Source of the DNA: Escherichia phage pEC-N1203-2Af.1
Sequence record: OQ540978.1
Reading direction: 5' to 3' (one strand)
DNA length: 64,000 nucleotides
The notes under the pieces were generated by a model, which worked only from the letters and a program-made list of their open reading frames with translations, did no database searches and had not been told where the DNA came from. Positions 20,001 through 31,000 of this stretch are shown here, in pieces. Position numbers and translations under genes: made by a program. Position 1 is the first letter of the stretch, and each line of letters opens with the position of its first letter.

Positions 20001-21465
20001 CAATAGCTTTCTTCATCTCTGGAGAAACATTCTCAGCCATCTTCTGTAGTTCAGCAGCTTTCTCTACAAAGTTATTAAAGTCTTCACCATCACGAGCTTT
20101 GAATCGATTTGCTTCATTATAGAAAGTCTTGTAAGCATCAATGAAGTCACGGTCAGCTTGTGTGCGATTCTTAACGTCAAGTGGACTACCGGTGAAGTGT
20201 CCAGATGCTCTAAGAGAAGTTAATTCACGGTCTAGGTTATCTAGAACATCTGTAAGAGCTTTCGTGTTATCCTTGGTGTAGTCAGCCATTGCATCTTTCA
20301 TAGCAACTGCTTTCTTCTGGTTGTGCTCATTATCAGCGAATGCTTTACCACGAGTCTTAGCAGGAGAAGCCAAAGGATTGAGTCCCGGAATGTTAGAATG
20401 CTCTTTCTGAGCAGAAGCAGCTTTCTCAGCACGAGCTTGGTCTGTATTAAGAATACGCTGAGCAGCAGGAGAGTCTACAGCAACAGCATCAGTAATACGG
20501 AATCCATTCTCATCCAGAAGATTAAGAGCGGAAGCAGCGTTAGCAGTTTCAGCTTTAGAATAAGCTTCTTTCAGTTCATCAACATTCTTAGCACTTCGAA
20601 TCAGTTCATCATCAGCAGCAATGTCAGTCTTTGCATACTCTGGAGTATTCTTGAAGACAGCAGAATCTGGACGATTAATCAAACCATGAACGCCACCAAC
20701 TGCACCACCGAATGCAGCACCCATAGCGCCTTCTTCAATAGCACCTTCTAAGACATTAGCAAAGGTTGTGTCATCACCATGTTTGTTCTGAGCTTCAGCA
20801 GCACCAACAAGAGCACCACCTTTAGCACCAGCCACTGCGTTACTAGCAACGTTCTGACTGATACGACCAAGTGTAGACTCAGCTGTACCAACAGCACCCG
20901 GAAGGATTCTCTGAGCTGCATAGTTAGCACCACCAACTAGAGCGGCATCCAGAACAGACTTATCTTCTCCCTCTTCAGGAGTTTGGTCTGCATATGCACG
21001 ACCTGTCTCACGACCTGCAATGATAGCAGCGGCAGCTAATGGGTTAGCAACAGTCAAACCAATATCACCAACAACGCCAGCATATTGCCCAGCAGTTTTA
21101 CCAATCCCATCCTCAATCTTATCCATACGTTCTTTCAGAAGGTTCTGAGAGTTCTCTTGGATACGCTTTCCATAACTAGTTTGTGCTCCAGCTAGATTCT
21201 CACCAATCTCAACTAAACCACCAATACCTTTAGCAGCACTAGCTGCAATATTTGCACCACCAGATTGAAGAGCATTTGACACACCTTGAGCAAACTCACC
21301 TATAACACCACGTTCTTCTTGTTGTGGTTGTGCTACTGGCTGTTCCTCAGGAATAGAGCCACCTGCTGCCTTATATTGTTCTCTCATTTGAGCTTGCTGC
21401 TCCGGAGAGGCATTCAGATACGCAGGAGCTTTGGAAGCTTCTTCCCACGGTTTAATGTTAGCCAT
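17047..21465 (-). CDS. large virion internal/ejection-type protein (Gly/Ala-rich N-terminus, long coiled coils)
   Basis: Start moved to ATG at 21465 (MANIKPWEE) with AAGGAG 5 nt upstream; the 21510 start would lie inside the promoter motif. Confidence 0.5.
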   Translation of the reverse strand: MANIKPWEEASKAPAYLNASPEQQAQMREQYKAAGGSIPEEQPVAQPQQEERGVIGEFAQGVSNALQSGGANIAASAAKGIGGLVEIGENLAGAQTSYGKRIQENSQNLLKERMDKIEDGIGKTAGQYAGVVGDIGLTVANPLAAAAIIAGRETGRAYADQTPEEGEDKSVLDAALVGGANYAAQRILPGAVGTAESTLGRISQNVASNAVAGAKGGALVGAAEAQNKHGDDTTFANVLEGAIEEGAMGAAFGGAVGGVHGLINRPDSAVFKNTPEYAKTDIAADDELIRSAKNVDELKEAYSKAETANAASALNLLDENGFRITDAVAVDSPAAQRILNTDQARAEKAASAQKEHSNIPGLNPLASPAKTRGKAFADNEHNQKKAVAMKDAMADYTKDNTKALTDVLDNLDRELTSLRASGHFTGSPLDVKNRTQADRDFIDAYKTFYNEANRFKARDGEDFNNFVEKAAELQKMAENVSPEMKKAIGGLKKLKGMPEGFNPIQDAYTLNNTAKFMSNQDRGWTSLTDDGFRETSSPSLVMNTLGAAKYALNRFSSQRARSQRVKQQESNSEAIRSLARGDLEVARAKSTVDEARDKMEEEPVVDDIKFKTQNDVETEPVREPSSSTVTEENLPSSAPQEAPLTARDLVAQRRAIRQAEQRRAEEEAAAQEAPVEQSPQAEPLPARNPLEERRAMEQQRAQEEAAQAPEPTVEEPTVKAEPLPARAPKAPEEAVQEVKPESGIEYLAAMSSTARQVAKDRATRFAKSLYSNAAKAKATAENFLAYKGDPLELMRRIRREDNAINTERHEEMARNQRATQKGIATAKNNAVRSEFAEWVKERGLPEDIATKALRAEESGLGGNVTNLESLKRRSERLYQKQREAEFDRLYQEALEENKAFDKKDAPKLVDQKKELQSEIDTLIDSEPLRPAQKDAMRRLMNDFVDGKFKSSEKAGREEALEVGQMKDIWDGFINTYNREVNAFNKANKNSQYEAAAKHLQAREERLATLRNRAQARSDAKAAVENERKTLEAIAAQKSEIEKMMEGLPKPVREAQESRTLKQLAAHHDKNSPVPPEKFRSYIERIHNAESDYLDRQRRLTDAEEDARQAKWNKMYEQAEEMDRKFDIDKRVKRSEELKAAQKRENDLMAVQRQRDDIHRRLMHTLEDKGISKEDAEAFAGSYMDNRYALLDKPMTPTEHQNARSRIEADVEKFAKKYESMTPIEKEIVKITGDTEGKLDNLDADTRKAVEEAQKVDSDIKKLQEEELEMEKIRSALPDDEKSQANSDILESIKQQEEVFADKVEKAFLSGKSLDELASVAEVLDRVHGADKAGNNRRFVRALQTAAENKKKYGDNPVAWFSADDYSAIAKLGASSAGGNKSRALEKIFGSTAEQAKSKLLGRDDVAKMRRVIEENPDIKIPSYKTTNRTEYLKFLEKFNDEGKPKIKRGSLSEKLERSKRQSRLRVRVRPKE

Positions 21466-21503
21466 AACGTCTCCTTTTATAAATAAAAATGTCCTACCCC
21501 CTA

Positions 21504-21512
21504 TATACATTA
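21504..21512 (-). promoter_or_regulatory. candidate phage-sigma late promoter motif TAATGTATA
   Basis: Exact motif on - strand about 38 nt upstream of the ATG at 21465. Confidence 0.45.
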
Positions 21513-21532
21513 TAGAAGGCAGGACTTAGGTC

Positions 21533-23182
21533 TTATTGCGTGAACCAGCTAGTGTCTTCGACAGCTGATAAAGCACCGTTCAGTTTAGGATTGGTTGCTG
21601 CACCACCAACATAATCTTCTGCTTCATCAGAGAAAACACCGAGAGGGTCATAGAAACCGCCAGAAGGAATTGCACGGTTAACCAATGCAGTAGCTCTCTT
21701 CTTATCCATACCAGAACCAACATAAGCGTTGATAGTATCTCTCTTAGCATCAGCAACACCTTTCATAGCAGAGGTATGACCGACGTTAGCCTGTTTACGA
21801 GCATAAGCAAGAGCAGAATCAGTAGGACGCCACCCAGACTTCAGAGCGAACTTGTTACCTACACGGATAAAGATTGATGGGTCTTCTGCAAAATGTCCCA
21901 AGTCTTCTTCAGTAAGAGAACGAGTAGAACCGATTTCAGCCCTTGCGGAGTTCATGATAGCCTGCATGTAAGCAGAACGAGCCGTCTGGTAATCCTTGTC
22001 CTTAACAGCTTTATCAGCCAAGTCCAAGTCTTTATTAGACTGGTTAAACAAGCCACCTTTCTCTGCCCACTGCTTAGCGATAGTACCTTCAGCCGTATTC
22101 TGAGCGTTACGAATTTCTTTCGTGGGGAAGTTGAAACTTTGAGCAACTTGTTCAGCACGTTCAGCCTTAACTTTATCACGATAGCCAATCAACTCTTTCT
22201 GACGTTCAAAGTTCATATCAGTTCTCTTTTCAGCAGCACGACGAGTTTCCTCGGCACGTTCACGCATAGCCTGCTCTTGAATCTGTTGACGTCTATCCCA
22301 TTCAGCATTCTGACGTTCTTCACGAGCAGCATACAGAGCTTCTTTCTGAGCAGGATCTACAGCTCTCATCTTCAGTAGAGATGGGTCTCCGTTAGCAATA
22401 GCAGCTGCGATCGAGTCTTGAGAGAAGCCTTGTTCAATCAGAGCATCACGGTTAGCTTCCAGTTGCTTCTTAGTCTCATCTTGATTAGCCATTCCCTGAC
22501 CAATCTGGAAAGCTTCAATAGGAGACTTACCTGACATAATGGAAAGACCTACACCCATCAAACCTGTGTAGAAACTAGAGTTCTGATAGAATGGTTCTTT
22601 CTGTAGCTTGTTCCAAGCTTCCGAAGGGTCTTTAGCTTTCGCAACTTGCAAGATATCGTTGTTAACACGTTCCTGATCTTTAGCACGAGTAGCAGCAGTC
22701 ATTCCATCACCAGCGTCTTGTCCTTGAGCAAGAGTATTAATCACACCTTGTGCCTGTTCCACCTGAGAAGGAGTGAACTCCATAGGACCAGCTTCTAACG
22801 GTTTAGTAGGAGGTGTTACCGGAAGAGGTTCTGATTCTGGAGGAATAGAAGAAGGAGAAAGTCCAGCAGCTTGCATGGTTTCTTGATTCTCAAACTCAGG
22901 AAGAGTTACAGCCTGTTGTGCCTGAGGTTGTACATCATTTGGGATATCAGAAGGAAGGCCGTTACTCTGAACAGGATTCAACATATTCTGATAATCTACT
23001 GAAGTTTGACCTACAAGAGAGGAAAGCCCAGCAGGTATAGCAGGACGTTGATACATAGAAATATCTGCTGTCTGAGTAGGTCTAGCCATATAAGGAGAGG
23101 CCGAAGCCGCTCCCGGATTAACACCATAGAAAGTATTTCTCGGGTCGCGACTTCTGACCTGAGCATAAGTTGTCTGTTGCAT
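21533..23182 (-). CDS. virion structural protein (hypothetical)
   Basis: 549-aa ORF in the late operon; AGGAG RBS. Confidence 0.5.
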   Translation of the reverse strand: MQQTTYAQVRSRDPRNTFYGVNPGAASASPYMARPTQTADISMYQRPAIPAGLSSLVGQTSVDYQNMLNPVQSNGLPSDIPNDVQPQAQQAVTLPEFENQETMQAAGLSPSSIPPESEPLPVTPPTKPLEAGPMEFTPSQVEQAQGVINTLAQGQDAGDGMTAATRAKDQERVNNDILQVAKAKDPSEAWNKLQKEPFYQNSSFYTGLMGVGLSIMSGKSPIEAFQIGQGMANQDETKKQLEANRDALIEQGFSQDSIAAAIANGDPSLLKMRAVDPAQKEALYAAREERQNAEWDRRQQIQEQAMRERAEETRRAAEKRTDMNFERQKELIGYRDKVKAERAEQVAQSFNFPTKEIRNAQNTAEGTIAKQWAEKGGLFNQSNKDLDLADKAVKDKDYQTARSAYMQAIMNSARAEIGSTRSLTEEDLGHFAEDPSIFIRVGNKFALKSGWRPTDSALAYARKQANVGHTSAMKGVADAKRDTINAYVGSGMDKKRATALVNRAIPSGGFYDPLGVFSDEAEDYVGGAATNPKLNGALSAVEDTSWFTQ

Positions 23183-23195
23183 ATTTATCTCCTAA

Positions 23196-24164
23196 TTAAG
23201 AACTAGCCATCCCGCCAATCACCCCTCCAGCCAAAGCACCCCAAGGACCAAAAGAAGAACCAGCTGCTGCACCACTCATAGCTCCACCTAAGAAGCCACC
23301 ACCCCCACCAGATGTTTTAGTAGTTGTAGTTTGTCCGAGAGCGCCGTTAAGTACACCTGCTGCACCGAGTTGGTTATTGATATCTTGCCACCCCCAATTA
23401 GCTGCGTTCTGAGCATTCTGGTAGGCATTATCATATTCATTCTGCTGTTGCTGTTGTTGCTGCAACCCAGCCTTCCATTGGTTTAATATTTGCTGTTGAG
23501 ATAAATCAGCACCTTGTTGACCTAAGTTGGAAAGGTTAGAACCAATAGTAGAAAGACCTGAGAGAGCAGCTGCCTGATTCTGTCTATTACCAGAGAGAAT
23601 GCTTTCAGCTTGGTTGATAGCCGAGTTATAAGCACTGTTGGTAATATCCGTTGCTTGACTTTGCATCTGATTCAGAGCATCACCTTGAGCAAAAGATTTA
23701 GCCATACGAGCACCTGAACCCTGCTGACCAGCATACTGTTGAGCCAACTGAGGAAGAGCATTACGTGCTAGGTTCTGTTGGACTTGTTCATTATTAGCTG
23801 TAATAGCTGCCTGAACAGCATCGTCATCATACAATTGACCAGCAAGAGCACCAATCTGTTCTCCAGTAACTCCACCCTGTCCAGAGAGGCTCTGATAGCC
23901 TTTATAGGCATTATCCAGATAACCTAACCCCTGACCTGCTGCATCCATGTATTGCTGCGAGAGAGTCCCTAAGGCACCAGATTGTGCCAAGTTGTTAAGA
24001 GCCTCTGTCTGGTTGTTATTAAACCCTACATTGTCACGATAAACATAATCCCCTGAACTAGTATTACCAATCTGTTGGTTAAGCTGGTCAATATACTGTT
24101 GAATGTATTCAGGGCGAATCATTTGGGAAGTAGTTTTACTATTCCCTCCTCTAAATAAAGCCAT
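23196..24164 (-). CDS. Gln/Asn/Gly-rich virion protein with Gly-zipper C-terminus (paralog A)
   Basis: Low-complexity Q/N-rich sequence; C-terminus GGGGGFLGGAMSGAAAGS. Confidence 0.5.
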   Translation of the reverse strand: MALFRGGNSKTTSQMIRPEYIQQYIDQLNQQIGNTSSGDYVYRDNVGFNNNQTEALNNLAQSGALGTLSQQYMDAAGQGLGYLDNAYKGYQSLSGQGGVTGEQIGALAGQLYDDDAVQAAITANNEQVQQNLARNALPQLAQQYAGQQGSGARMAKSFAQGDALNQMQSQATDITNSAYNSAINQAESILSGNRQNQAAALSGLSTIGSNLSNLGQQGADLSQQQILNQWKAGLQQQQQQQNEYDNAYQNAQNAANWGWQDINNQLGAAGVLNGALGQTTTTKTSGGGGGFLGGAMSGAAAGSSFGPWGALAGGVIGGMASS

Positions 24165-24176
24165 ATCAAATCTCCT

Positions 24177-25229
24177 TTAGTTTGCTCCGAATGCCCCTAA
24201 GACACCACCTAAGATATTATTACCCGTTGTGGATAACCAGTTAGACTGGCCTTTCTGTTGAGAAAGATTAGAACCACCGATCATAGGACCAGCCATACCA
24301 GACTGCCCACCTGAGTTGTTATAGGAACTCCAAGCATTCTGGGTCTGTTGGTTAGGAGAGAAAGCACCCAAACGACCTGCAATACCCAAGCCAGTGATAC
24401 CAGCACCTAGGAGCTGTTGTCCAGTATTGACTCCCGGAGCAGCATTCTTAATTGTGTATCCAGCCATCGGGCTTACACTGTTTAATACATTAAGTTGGTT
24501 GTTAAGCTGATTCCATCCATACTGCTGAGAGCCAATAGCATTCTGCCAATTAATATCAGCTTGAGATTGAGCTTGTTGCTGTTGTAGATTACCAGCCATG
24601 AGTTGATTCTGGATAGCTTGTTGAGTTGCCTGAACACCTTGCGCACCAAGATTGAGATTCTGTCCAGCTAAACCAGACTGAGCACCAAGCAAACCTCTCT
24701 GGAAGTTCTGGTCTTGTTGAAGAGCACTGATTCCCATGTTCTTACCATTGATGGTACGAGATAGGTTTGTATTAGCACCATTCAAAGCCGCCCCTTGAGC
24801 CGCAGCCCTACGGAGAGAGCCTGAATCAGAGCCATTGCCAAGAGAAACATTAGAAGCTGCTTTGCTAGTAGCCTGAGCAAGAGCTGAGCTGTTTAAGCCT
24901 TTACTAAAGTTATTAACACCATCAGCAGTTAAACCACCACCATTGACAATATTCTGGTACTGTTGGGCAAGAGAGTTCAATTGGTCTAAACCTTGCTGTG
25001 TACGAGGTGTGTACATATCAGCCAATTGCTTTTGAGTTGTAGAAGCTGCTAAGTTATTCAGAGCACCTTGTTGGTTGCCATTAAACCCAGCCAGCTGTTG
25101 GGAAATAAATCCCTGATCGTTGTTCTGCATATTCTGAGCATTAGCAACAATCTGCTTCAGCAGGGCATCAACCTGAGAGGAAGGAGCCACTGTGGTTTTG
25201 CTAGAAGCTGATTTTCCAAATAAAGACAT
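24177..25229 (-). CDS. Gln/Asn/Gly-rich virion protein with Gly-zipper C-terminus (paralog B)
   Basis: Similar N-terminus and ALNNLA motif to 23196-24164; C-terminus GVLGAFGAN. Confidence 0.5.
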   Translation of the reverse strand: MSLFGKSASSKTTVAPSSQVDALLKQIVANAQNMQNNDQGFISQQLAGFNGNQQGALNNLAASTTQKQLADMYTPRTQQGLDQLNSLAQQYQNIVNGGGLTADGVNNFSKGLNSSALAQATSKAASNVSLGNGSDSGSLRRAAAQGAALNGANTNLSRTINGKNMGISALQQDQNFQRGLLGAQSGLAGQNLNLGAQGVQATQQAIQNQLMAGNLQQQQAQSQADINWQNAIGSQQYGWNQLNNQLNVLNSVSPMAGYTIKNAAPGVNTGQQLLGAGITGLGIAGRLGAFSPNQQTQNAWSSYNNSGGQSGMAGPMIGGSNLSQQKGQSNWLSTTGNNILGGVLGAFGAN

Positions 25230-25248
25230 AAGTCCTCCTTAACGATTA

Positions 25249-26031
25249 TTACTTAACACCAATGCTAGCCAAACGTCTAAGCACTGCTTGTGTTTGTGGG
25301 CTGTACTGAGAACCTGCCGCATGTGGTGCACTCGCTCTCTGAACTGTTTGAGATGTAGGAGGTTTACCAGCAAGCATAGCAGCTACTCCTAATACTGCAT
25401 TACCAAAGTTCTGTTGAGGCTTCTGATCTTCACCTTCCTGCACTTCATCAGAGTAAAACTCTACCGGATTACCACCTAAAGCACCTGTCTTAGAAGCAGC
25501 AATCTCTGCCTGAGTGGGAGCTTGTGCAGCCTTCTCTCTGTCTAACAAGTCAGGATTAAACTGATTGACTGGTTGAACAGCTTGCAAAGCTCCAATTGGG
25601 TTAGCAATCTGAGAAGCTGCATCGCCGTAAAAAGGAAGAAAGTGTTTGTTGTTCATTGAGTCAAGAGCCTGAGGAGTAAATCCTTTCTTACCAGCGAACA
25701 TCTGCCTAGCACCACCGGTTCCTTCAGAGTAGCCGACCATTGCCTTCTTAACATCACCATTGAAAGCTTTTAAGTTATCTCTGATATAACGAGCACCCAT
25801 GTCAATATTCTTTGCTGGGTCCAGTCTGTCTTCTAGTTTGTATCCATAGTCTTTAGCCAATCCTTTACTGATCTGCATTAAACCTACAGGACCAGTTCCA
25901 GAGGCTACTTTAGGACGTCCACTAGACTCTCTTTGGATTACAGCATGAATCAAAGCAGCAGGAATCCCATACTTCTTTGAAGCTTGCTGTACCATTGGGT
26001 CTAGTTCTTCGATACCCATTCTAATTGCCAT
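25249..26031 (-). CDS. virion-associated lytic transglycosylase (SLT domain)
   Basis: RESSGRPKVASGTGPVGLMQI resembles the SLT catalytic region. Confidence 0.6.
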   Translation of the reverse strand: MAIRMGIEELDPMVQQASKKYGIPAALIHAVIQRESSGRPKVASGTGPVGLMQISKGLAKDYGYKLEDRLDPAKNIDMGARYIRDNLKAFNGDVKKAMVGYSEGTGGARQMFAGKKGFTPQALDSMNNKHFLPFYGDAASQIANPIGALQAVQPVNQFNPDLLDREKAAQAPTQAEIAASKTGALGGNPVEFYSDEVQEGEDQKPQQNFGNAVLGVAAMLAGKPPTSQTVQRASAPHAAGSQYSPQTQAVLRRLASIGVK

Positions 26032-26040
26032 AATATCTCC

Positions 26041-27075
26041 TTATTGTATACTCCTGAATATCTTTCTAGCATCTAATACTGGAATACTTAACCCGAGGGC
26101 ACCACCCCCTCCTAAATCATATTGACTACTCCAAGAGTAAATCATCCTTCCGAAACCTGTACCGAAAGAAGAGCCATTCATCATGTGAGATCTTGTGTGT
26201 TGAAAATACCAACCACTAGCCTTACCTCTTATTGCTCCAGCACCATAAGATAGAGGTATCATTGGATAGGCCAAAGATGTGTTACCACCACTCATAGGCA
26301 TAAATCCCTCAACACTAAAAGGGGTTCTATATGTAGAAAAAACACACTGAGACCCATTTGGAGAAAAGATATTTAAACCTCCATTGTGGGTTGGTACTCC
26401 AGAACCATCACAGAAGACGGCAATTCTAACACCACCGATGGACCCTGTTTGGTTTGTGTTACCATTATCATGAGACCTGTTCTGGTACACATAAACAACC
26501 CTGTTGGATGGATTGTATAGTAGACCTGCTCCGCCGTTACTCCAATTCGCGTAGACAGTTGCTCGGCTCATATCAAAACCACCAATATCTGGTATTTGAA
26601 GAGCACCATGTATGTCACCCTCCCAAGCCCAAATACATTGACCAACAACTCCAGAATCAGAGATTGAGAAATAGTCAGCAGAGTTGGAGAATGTGATTCC
26701 ATAGTTCCTATTAGCTCTAGGCCATATTTGATATACATTAAAAGCCATATCAAATACCCAACCGTTTACGTTATAGTCCATAGTAACTCTGAAGGTTGAG
26801 TTATTAATAACAGATATATCCGTTATCCAATACACATCAGACGTTACATTAGGAGGTATGTATCTCTCCCAAACAACAGACCCTGTTGGGACTACAACTA
26901 TCTGACCACTTCCATCCCAACCGCTTATAGGCAAGTCACAGGTATTTCCACTAAAAGAGAAATTCCCACTTACCCTATTTCTGAGTTGAGGGAAAGTGCT
27001 ACCACTGTCAATGTAAATATCAGCAGGTGCCGCTGGACCCGGACCGACCGGGCTTGTCCATATTCCATATGCCAT
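26041..27075 (-). CDS. tail/virion structural protein
   Basis: 344-aa beta-rich Gly/Asn/Ser-rich ORF in the tail region. Confidence 0.45.
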   Translation of the reverse strand: MAYGIWTSPVGPGPAAPADIYIDSGSTFPQLRNRVSGNFSFSGNTCDLPISGWDGSGQIVVVPTGSVVWERYIPPNVTSDVYWITDISVINNSTFRVTMDYNVNGWVFDMAFNVYQIWPRANRNYGITFSNSADYFSISDSGVVGQCIWAWEGDIHGALQIPDIGGFDMSRATVYANWSNGGAGLLYNPSNRVVYVYQNRSHDNGNTNQTGSIGGVRIAVFCDGSGVPTHNGGLNIFSPNGSQCVFSTYRTPFSVEGFMPMSGGNTSLAYPMIPLSYGAGAIRGKASGWYFQHTRSHMMNGSSFGTGFGRMIYSWSSQYDLGGGGALGLSIPVLDARKIFRSIQ

Positions 27076-27076
27076 G

Positions 27077-28045
27077 TTACCAACTCCCTATTCTTATGCG
27101 AAGAGTTCCACTCCCATCATAAAAATCTATTCTATTACCGTTCATCCATAACTGAGAACCGCCTGTACCACCCATAACAAAATCACCACCAACAGTAAGC
27201 CTCCAGTTAGAACCCCACATAGAACCAGCAGTAATCTTATCCGCTGACAAGTTCTGAATTTGAGCGTTGGAAATAGATACGTTGTCTATCTGTGCCCATT
27301 GGATTCTGGCGTTGGCGATCTGAGCCGTTGTGATGTTGACGTTCTTTATGTCAGCGAACTCCATCCTAGCTCTTCCACCCTCAAACACAAAAGGGGTATT
27401 ACCAGAGCTGCCATCACCAACAATAAACTTGTTAGCTGTTACTTGGAATTGACTGTTTGTTCCGTTGTTAGTTAACTTGACCCCAGCATATCTTCCGTTG
27501 ACTGTAGAGTTAACTCCCCATGTAGCTTCATACTCAGAAAGCTTCATATACTGAGATAGGCTTCCATTAATATTTTGAATCTCTGTCTGAACTAAAGCAA
27601 TCTCTTGACCTTGGTCGTTAACAATCCCTTCTACCGTTTGAATCTTAGTTGTGTTACCTTCAATACTTGTTTTAAAGCCAGATACAGTGCTTTCTAATTT
27701 TACAGGAGGTTGAACAGAATTATCCCAAATATCTTCAGTGGAGAGGTTCCCCATCTGTGTTATAATATCTGCAATAGCTGTCTCTATCTCTGTAGTAATT
27801 CTATTCTCAAGCTCATCAAATTGTAAGTTCATCGCATGAAGAGCTTTGATACGAACATCAATCTCATCATGAATCTCATCAATAGCTTGGAACATTTGGT
27901 TAGTAGCTGTACTAACTTTCTGTAGCTCGTCATATACGGCTACGTTATATGTTTCTGTGTCCTGTACATTATTGAGAAACCCAACGTTGTACGGAAGTGT
28001 GGTGTTATTACGACCAGTGTTCTTACGAAAACCACCTGCACCCAT
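27077..28045 (-). CDS. tail fibre-like structural protein
   Basis: Start moved to ATG at 28045 (GGAGGA upstream); coiled coil plus NANITTAQIANARIQWAQIDNVSISNAQIQN repeats. Confidence 0.45.
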   Translation of the reverse strand: MGAGGFRKNTGRNNTTLPYNVGFLNNVQDTETYNVAVYDELQKVSTATNQMFQAIDEIHDEIDVRIKALHAMNLQFDELENRITTEIETAIADIITQMGNLSTEDIWDNSVQPPVKLESTVSGFKTSIEGNTTKIQTVEGIVNDQGQEIALVQTEIQNINGSLSQYMKLSEYEATWGVNSTVNGRYAGVKLTNNGTNSQFQVTANKFIVGDGSSGNTPFVFEGGRARMEFADIKNVNITTAQIANARIQWAQIDNVSISNAQIQNLSADKITAGSMWGSNWRLTVGGDFVMGGTGGSQLWMNGNRIDFYDGSGTLRIRIGSW

Positions 28046-28088
28046 AAGTTCCTCCAAAACAATAAAAGGGGCACGAAGCCCCTTGTTG

Positions 28089-31000
28089 TTATCTCCGTCC
28101 GCCAACAGCAAACTCTATCGTTAACCCATTGATAGCAGCATTACTGTTAACATCATTATCTATAACATTATAGAAAAGGTATGGATGGTTCAGTCTCACC
28201 GAGACATGCCTGTCAACACCAATCGTATAAGTCTTAGATGTGTGTGGGTGTCCATATTCATTTGAGAATTGACTACCTCCAGCTTCAAAGGTATAAGTGC
28301 CTGAGCCGGTTGTCTGAGGACGGAATCTGTTAATATGCTTCTGATTCCATTCGTTAGTGATGTTATCAAAATCCATACCAGTTCTTTCTAACCTCATCTC
28401 CAGTGGTTTTTCTATAACAACATCATTTAACCTGTCATAGAAATAATCAAGAGCACCTACATCCACTTGGTAGAATCCCCTCAAGAACGAACCTACTATC
28501 GTAACCCTCTGTCTAAAGTTTGTTGCATCCTTTCTCCAAACGAGTTCTTTGATAGATGGGTCATCCCAAGTAATCTCTTGGAAGTCAGACCAGATTGGAC
28601 CTCTCTCTAGAACAGGAGGATCAACCAGACCGATACACTGAGCATAAGGGATAGTACGGAAAGACCAAGTATCAAACTCGTAGTTCCATACAGCAGCTTT
28701 AGTGCAAGCGAAGCTTTCTTTCGGCTCTCCCGGACCTACATAGAGAACCCAAACTTCTTTCTTATCCTGATGCAAGTGTACTCGAGTTGCTAGAGGGTTA
28801 ACCAGACACACCTCATTAATCAGCATGTTCTTAACACGGTTAGATGCAATTGACTTCTTGGTTGCACCATTGTGTAGGATTACATCGTTCTGAGTAACTA
28901 CGAAGTGGCTACCTTCTACTTCAACCACACACTCAGGAGCAAGGATACCGGAGTCGTTAAAAAGTTTCTTGAACATCAGAGGTTGGTATGTGTTATTAGT
29001 AGGAGAACCAATATACGTTTCAAACTCTGTATAAACGAACAAGTAATCTTTAAGAGGTAGGATATCAATCAAGCTACCATTAGAATCCGCCAAGTCAATG
29101 TAACCAGCATATCCATTTTCTAAAGCCTGAGTCTGTCCTACGATGTTAGAAGCCAAGTCCGAAGACACAACTCGATCGTAGGCAAAGTCATCCCACAGTG
29201 TAGGAGCTTTGTTCTCATTAGCAAAGTTAGACCAACGAAGACGAAGTGGATAGTTAGTGGTAACACCAGAAGCATTAGCCTCTCTCATATTCAGAGCAAA
29301 AAGACGGTTGTTAAAAGATCTTACTCTTTCACATTTCCAGTTAAACTTCTTGACTGAAGGGTTTCCATCATTATCAACAACTGTTTGCTCACCCCATCCC
29401 GGAAGATCTACAAAGTATTCTGATTCGAATTCTTTTACCTGAGGGGTTTCATAGTGAGTTGTAGCAACTGCACAGTTAGAGATAACAGCGTGATACCAAG
29501 GGTAGTCATCAAAAGCATCATAATCTTTCTGAGTCATTTGACTGACAGTACATGTTACGTTAATCTCTCCTTTACGAAGAGCAACCAGTTTGATAGATTT
29601 ACCAGTAACTGAAGTTGTAGAAACATAACCTGTCTTATCAACAGACCACTGATAAGAATAATCACCTTCTGGAGAAGCTGTAGCTGTGATAACAATCTCT
29701 TCACCAACATCGAGAGAAGCGCTGACAACATCTAAGGTTACGGATGACAAAGGAGTTGCGAACAAAGAAGCTCTTGCAAAACCTTCAATATCATTTACGT
29801 TAGAATAGTCATAGAAGTTGTTACCTTCGTACATCCCTGACGTATCAATACCAGACGTAGGCTCAGCAAAATAAACCACTTCTTCACTTTCAGTAGGAGT
29901 TACTGCTTCCTCCTCTTGTGATTCAATTGGTTCTGATGCAGGTGCAGCAAATGCCATAGCACTTGTTCTCATCGCCCTTCCAGCTAAGTCTACTCGTACA
30001 GTACAGACAGCAACTCTGTTACCTTCTTCAGTGGTAGCCGTAATCTCAGTAAAGCCAGCAAGTAAAGCATTTACTGTCCCTTGTGTACTGGTCCCTGATA
30101 CTGTTGCAATATTTGGATTAGAAGAAGTCCAAGTAATATTTTGATTAGGGGCGTTAGCAGGAGAAAGGGTAGCAGTTAAGATATACTGAGAACCTCTACT
30201 AACTATCACATCTGACTGACTTAAAGTGATACTGTCAATCTGAGGAATGGAAACAACCTCACAAGAAGCAGTCTTCGTTCCATTATCAGCAGTGATTGTT
30301 ACATTGCCCTCACCATTAGCAGTAATGACTGCCGTTAGAGAATTGGCGTTAGGGGTCACGGATACAATAGAAGCGTTATTGCTGGACCAAGTTACAGGGG
30401 TTTTACCAGTAACAGCTGTAAGAGTGGTAGTCCCTCCTTTACGGATAGTAACAGTATCTTGACTCAAGAAGATGCCTGAATCACCATCTATAATGTTCAC
30501 AGCAATCTGAGCCACTACAGAATCATCAGCAGTAGAGATGGTTACTACAAGATTACCCTCTCTCTCAAAAGATGTTAGAGTAGCAAGTTTAGAATCACTG
30601 GGATCTACTGTAATACTTCCATAAGTTGAATTACTAACCTCCCAAACAAGATCGGTATTGTTAGCATCAGCAGGAAGAAGAGAAACTTCTAGATTCTTAG
30701 TCTGATTGAAGTTCATTGAAATAGTTGATTCTTTTGGAACAATCTGAGAAACAACCGGATAAATCTTAATCGAGGCAGAAGCCTTTTTAGTGACTGTAGC
30801 AACCTTACGGCTAATGTCAGTCAAGCTTTCATCTGTCAGTTTATATAACTTCTTATCCGTACCTACAACAAGAAAGCTATTACCTGCGCTATAATAATCG
30901 AAAGGCATAGATATGAAAGACAGAGGGGTTAAATCCTTATCTTCGTCTACATAAGAAAGAGGGGCATTGCCCCCCGTCTTAAATACTCTCTGCTCAACAA

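Noticed and set aside
17556-20936. Several 60-170 aa ORFs on both strands inside the 1472-aa gene
   Set aside because: Low-complexity Leu/Ser/Arg-rich translations typical of alternative frames of a long coding sequence.
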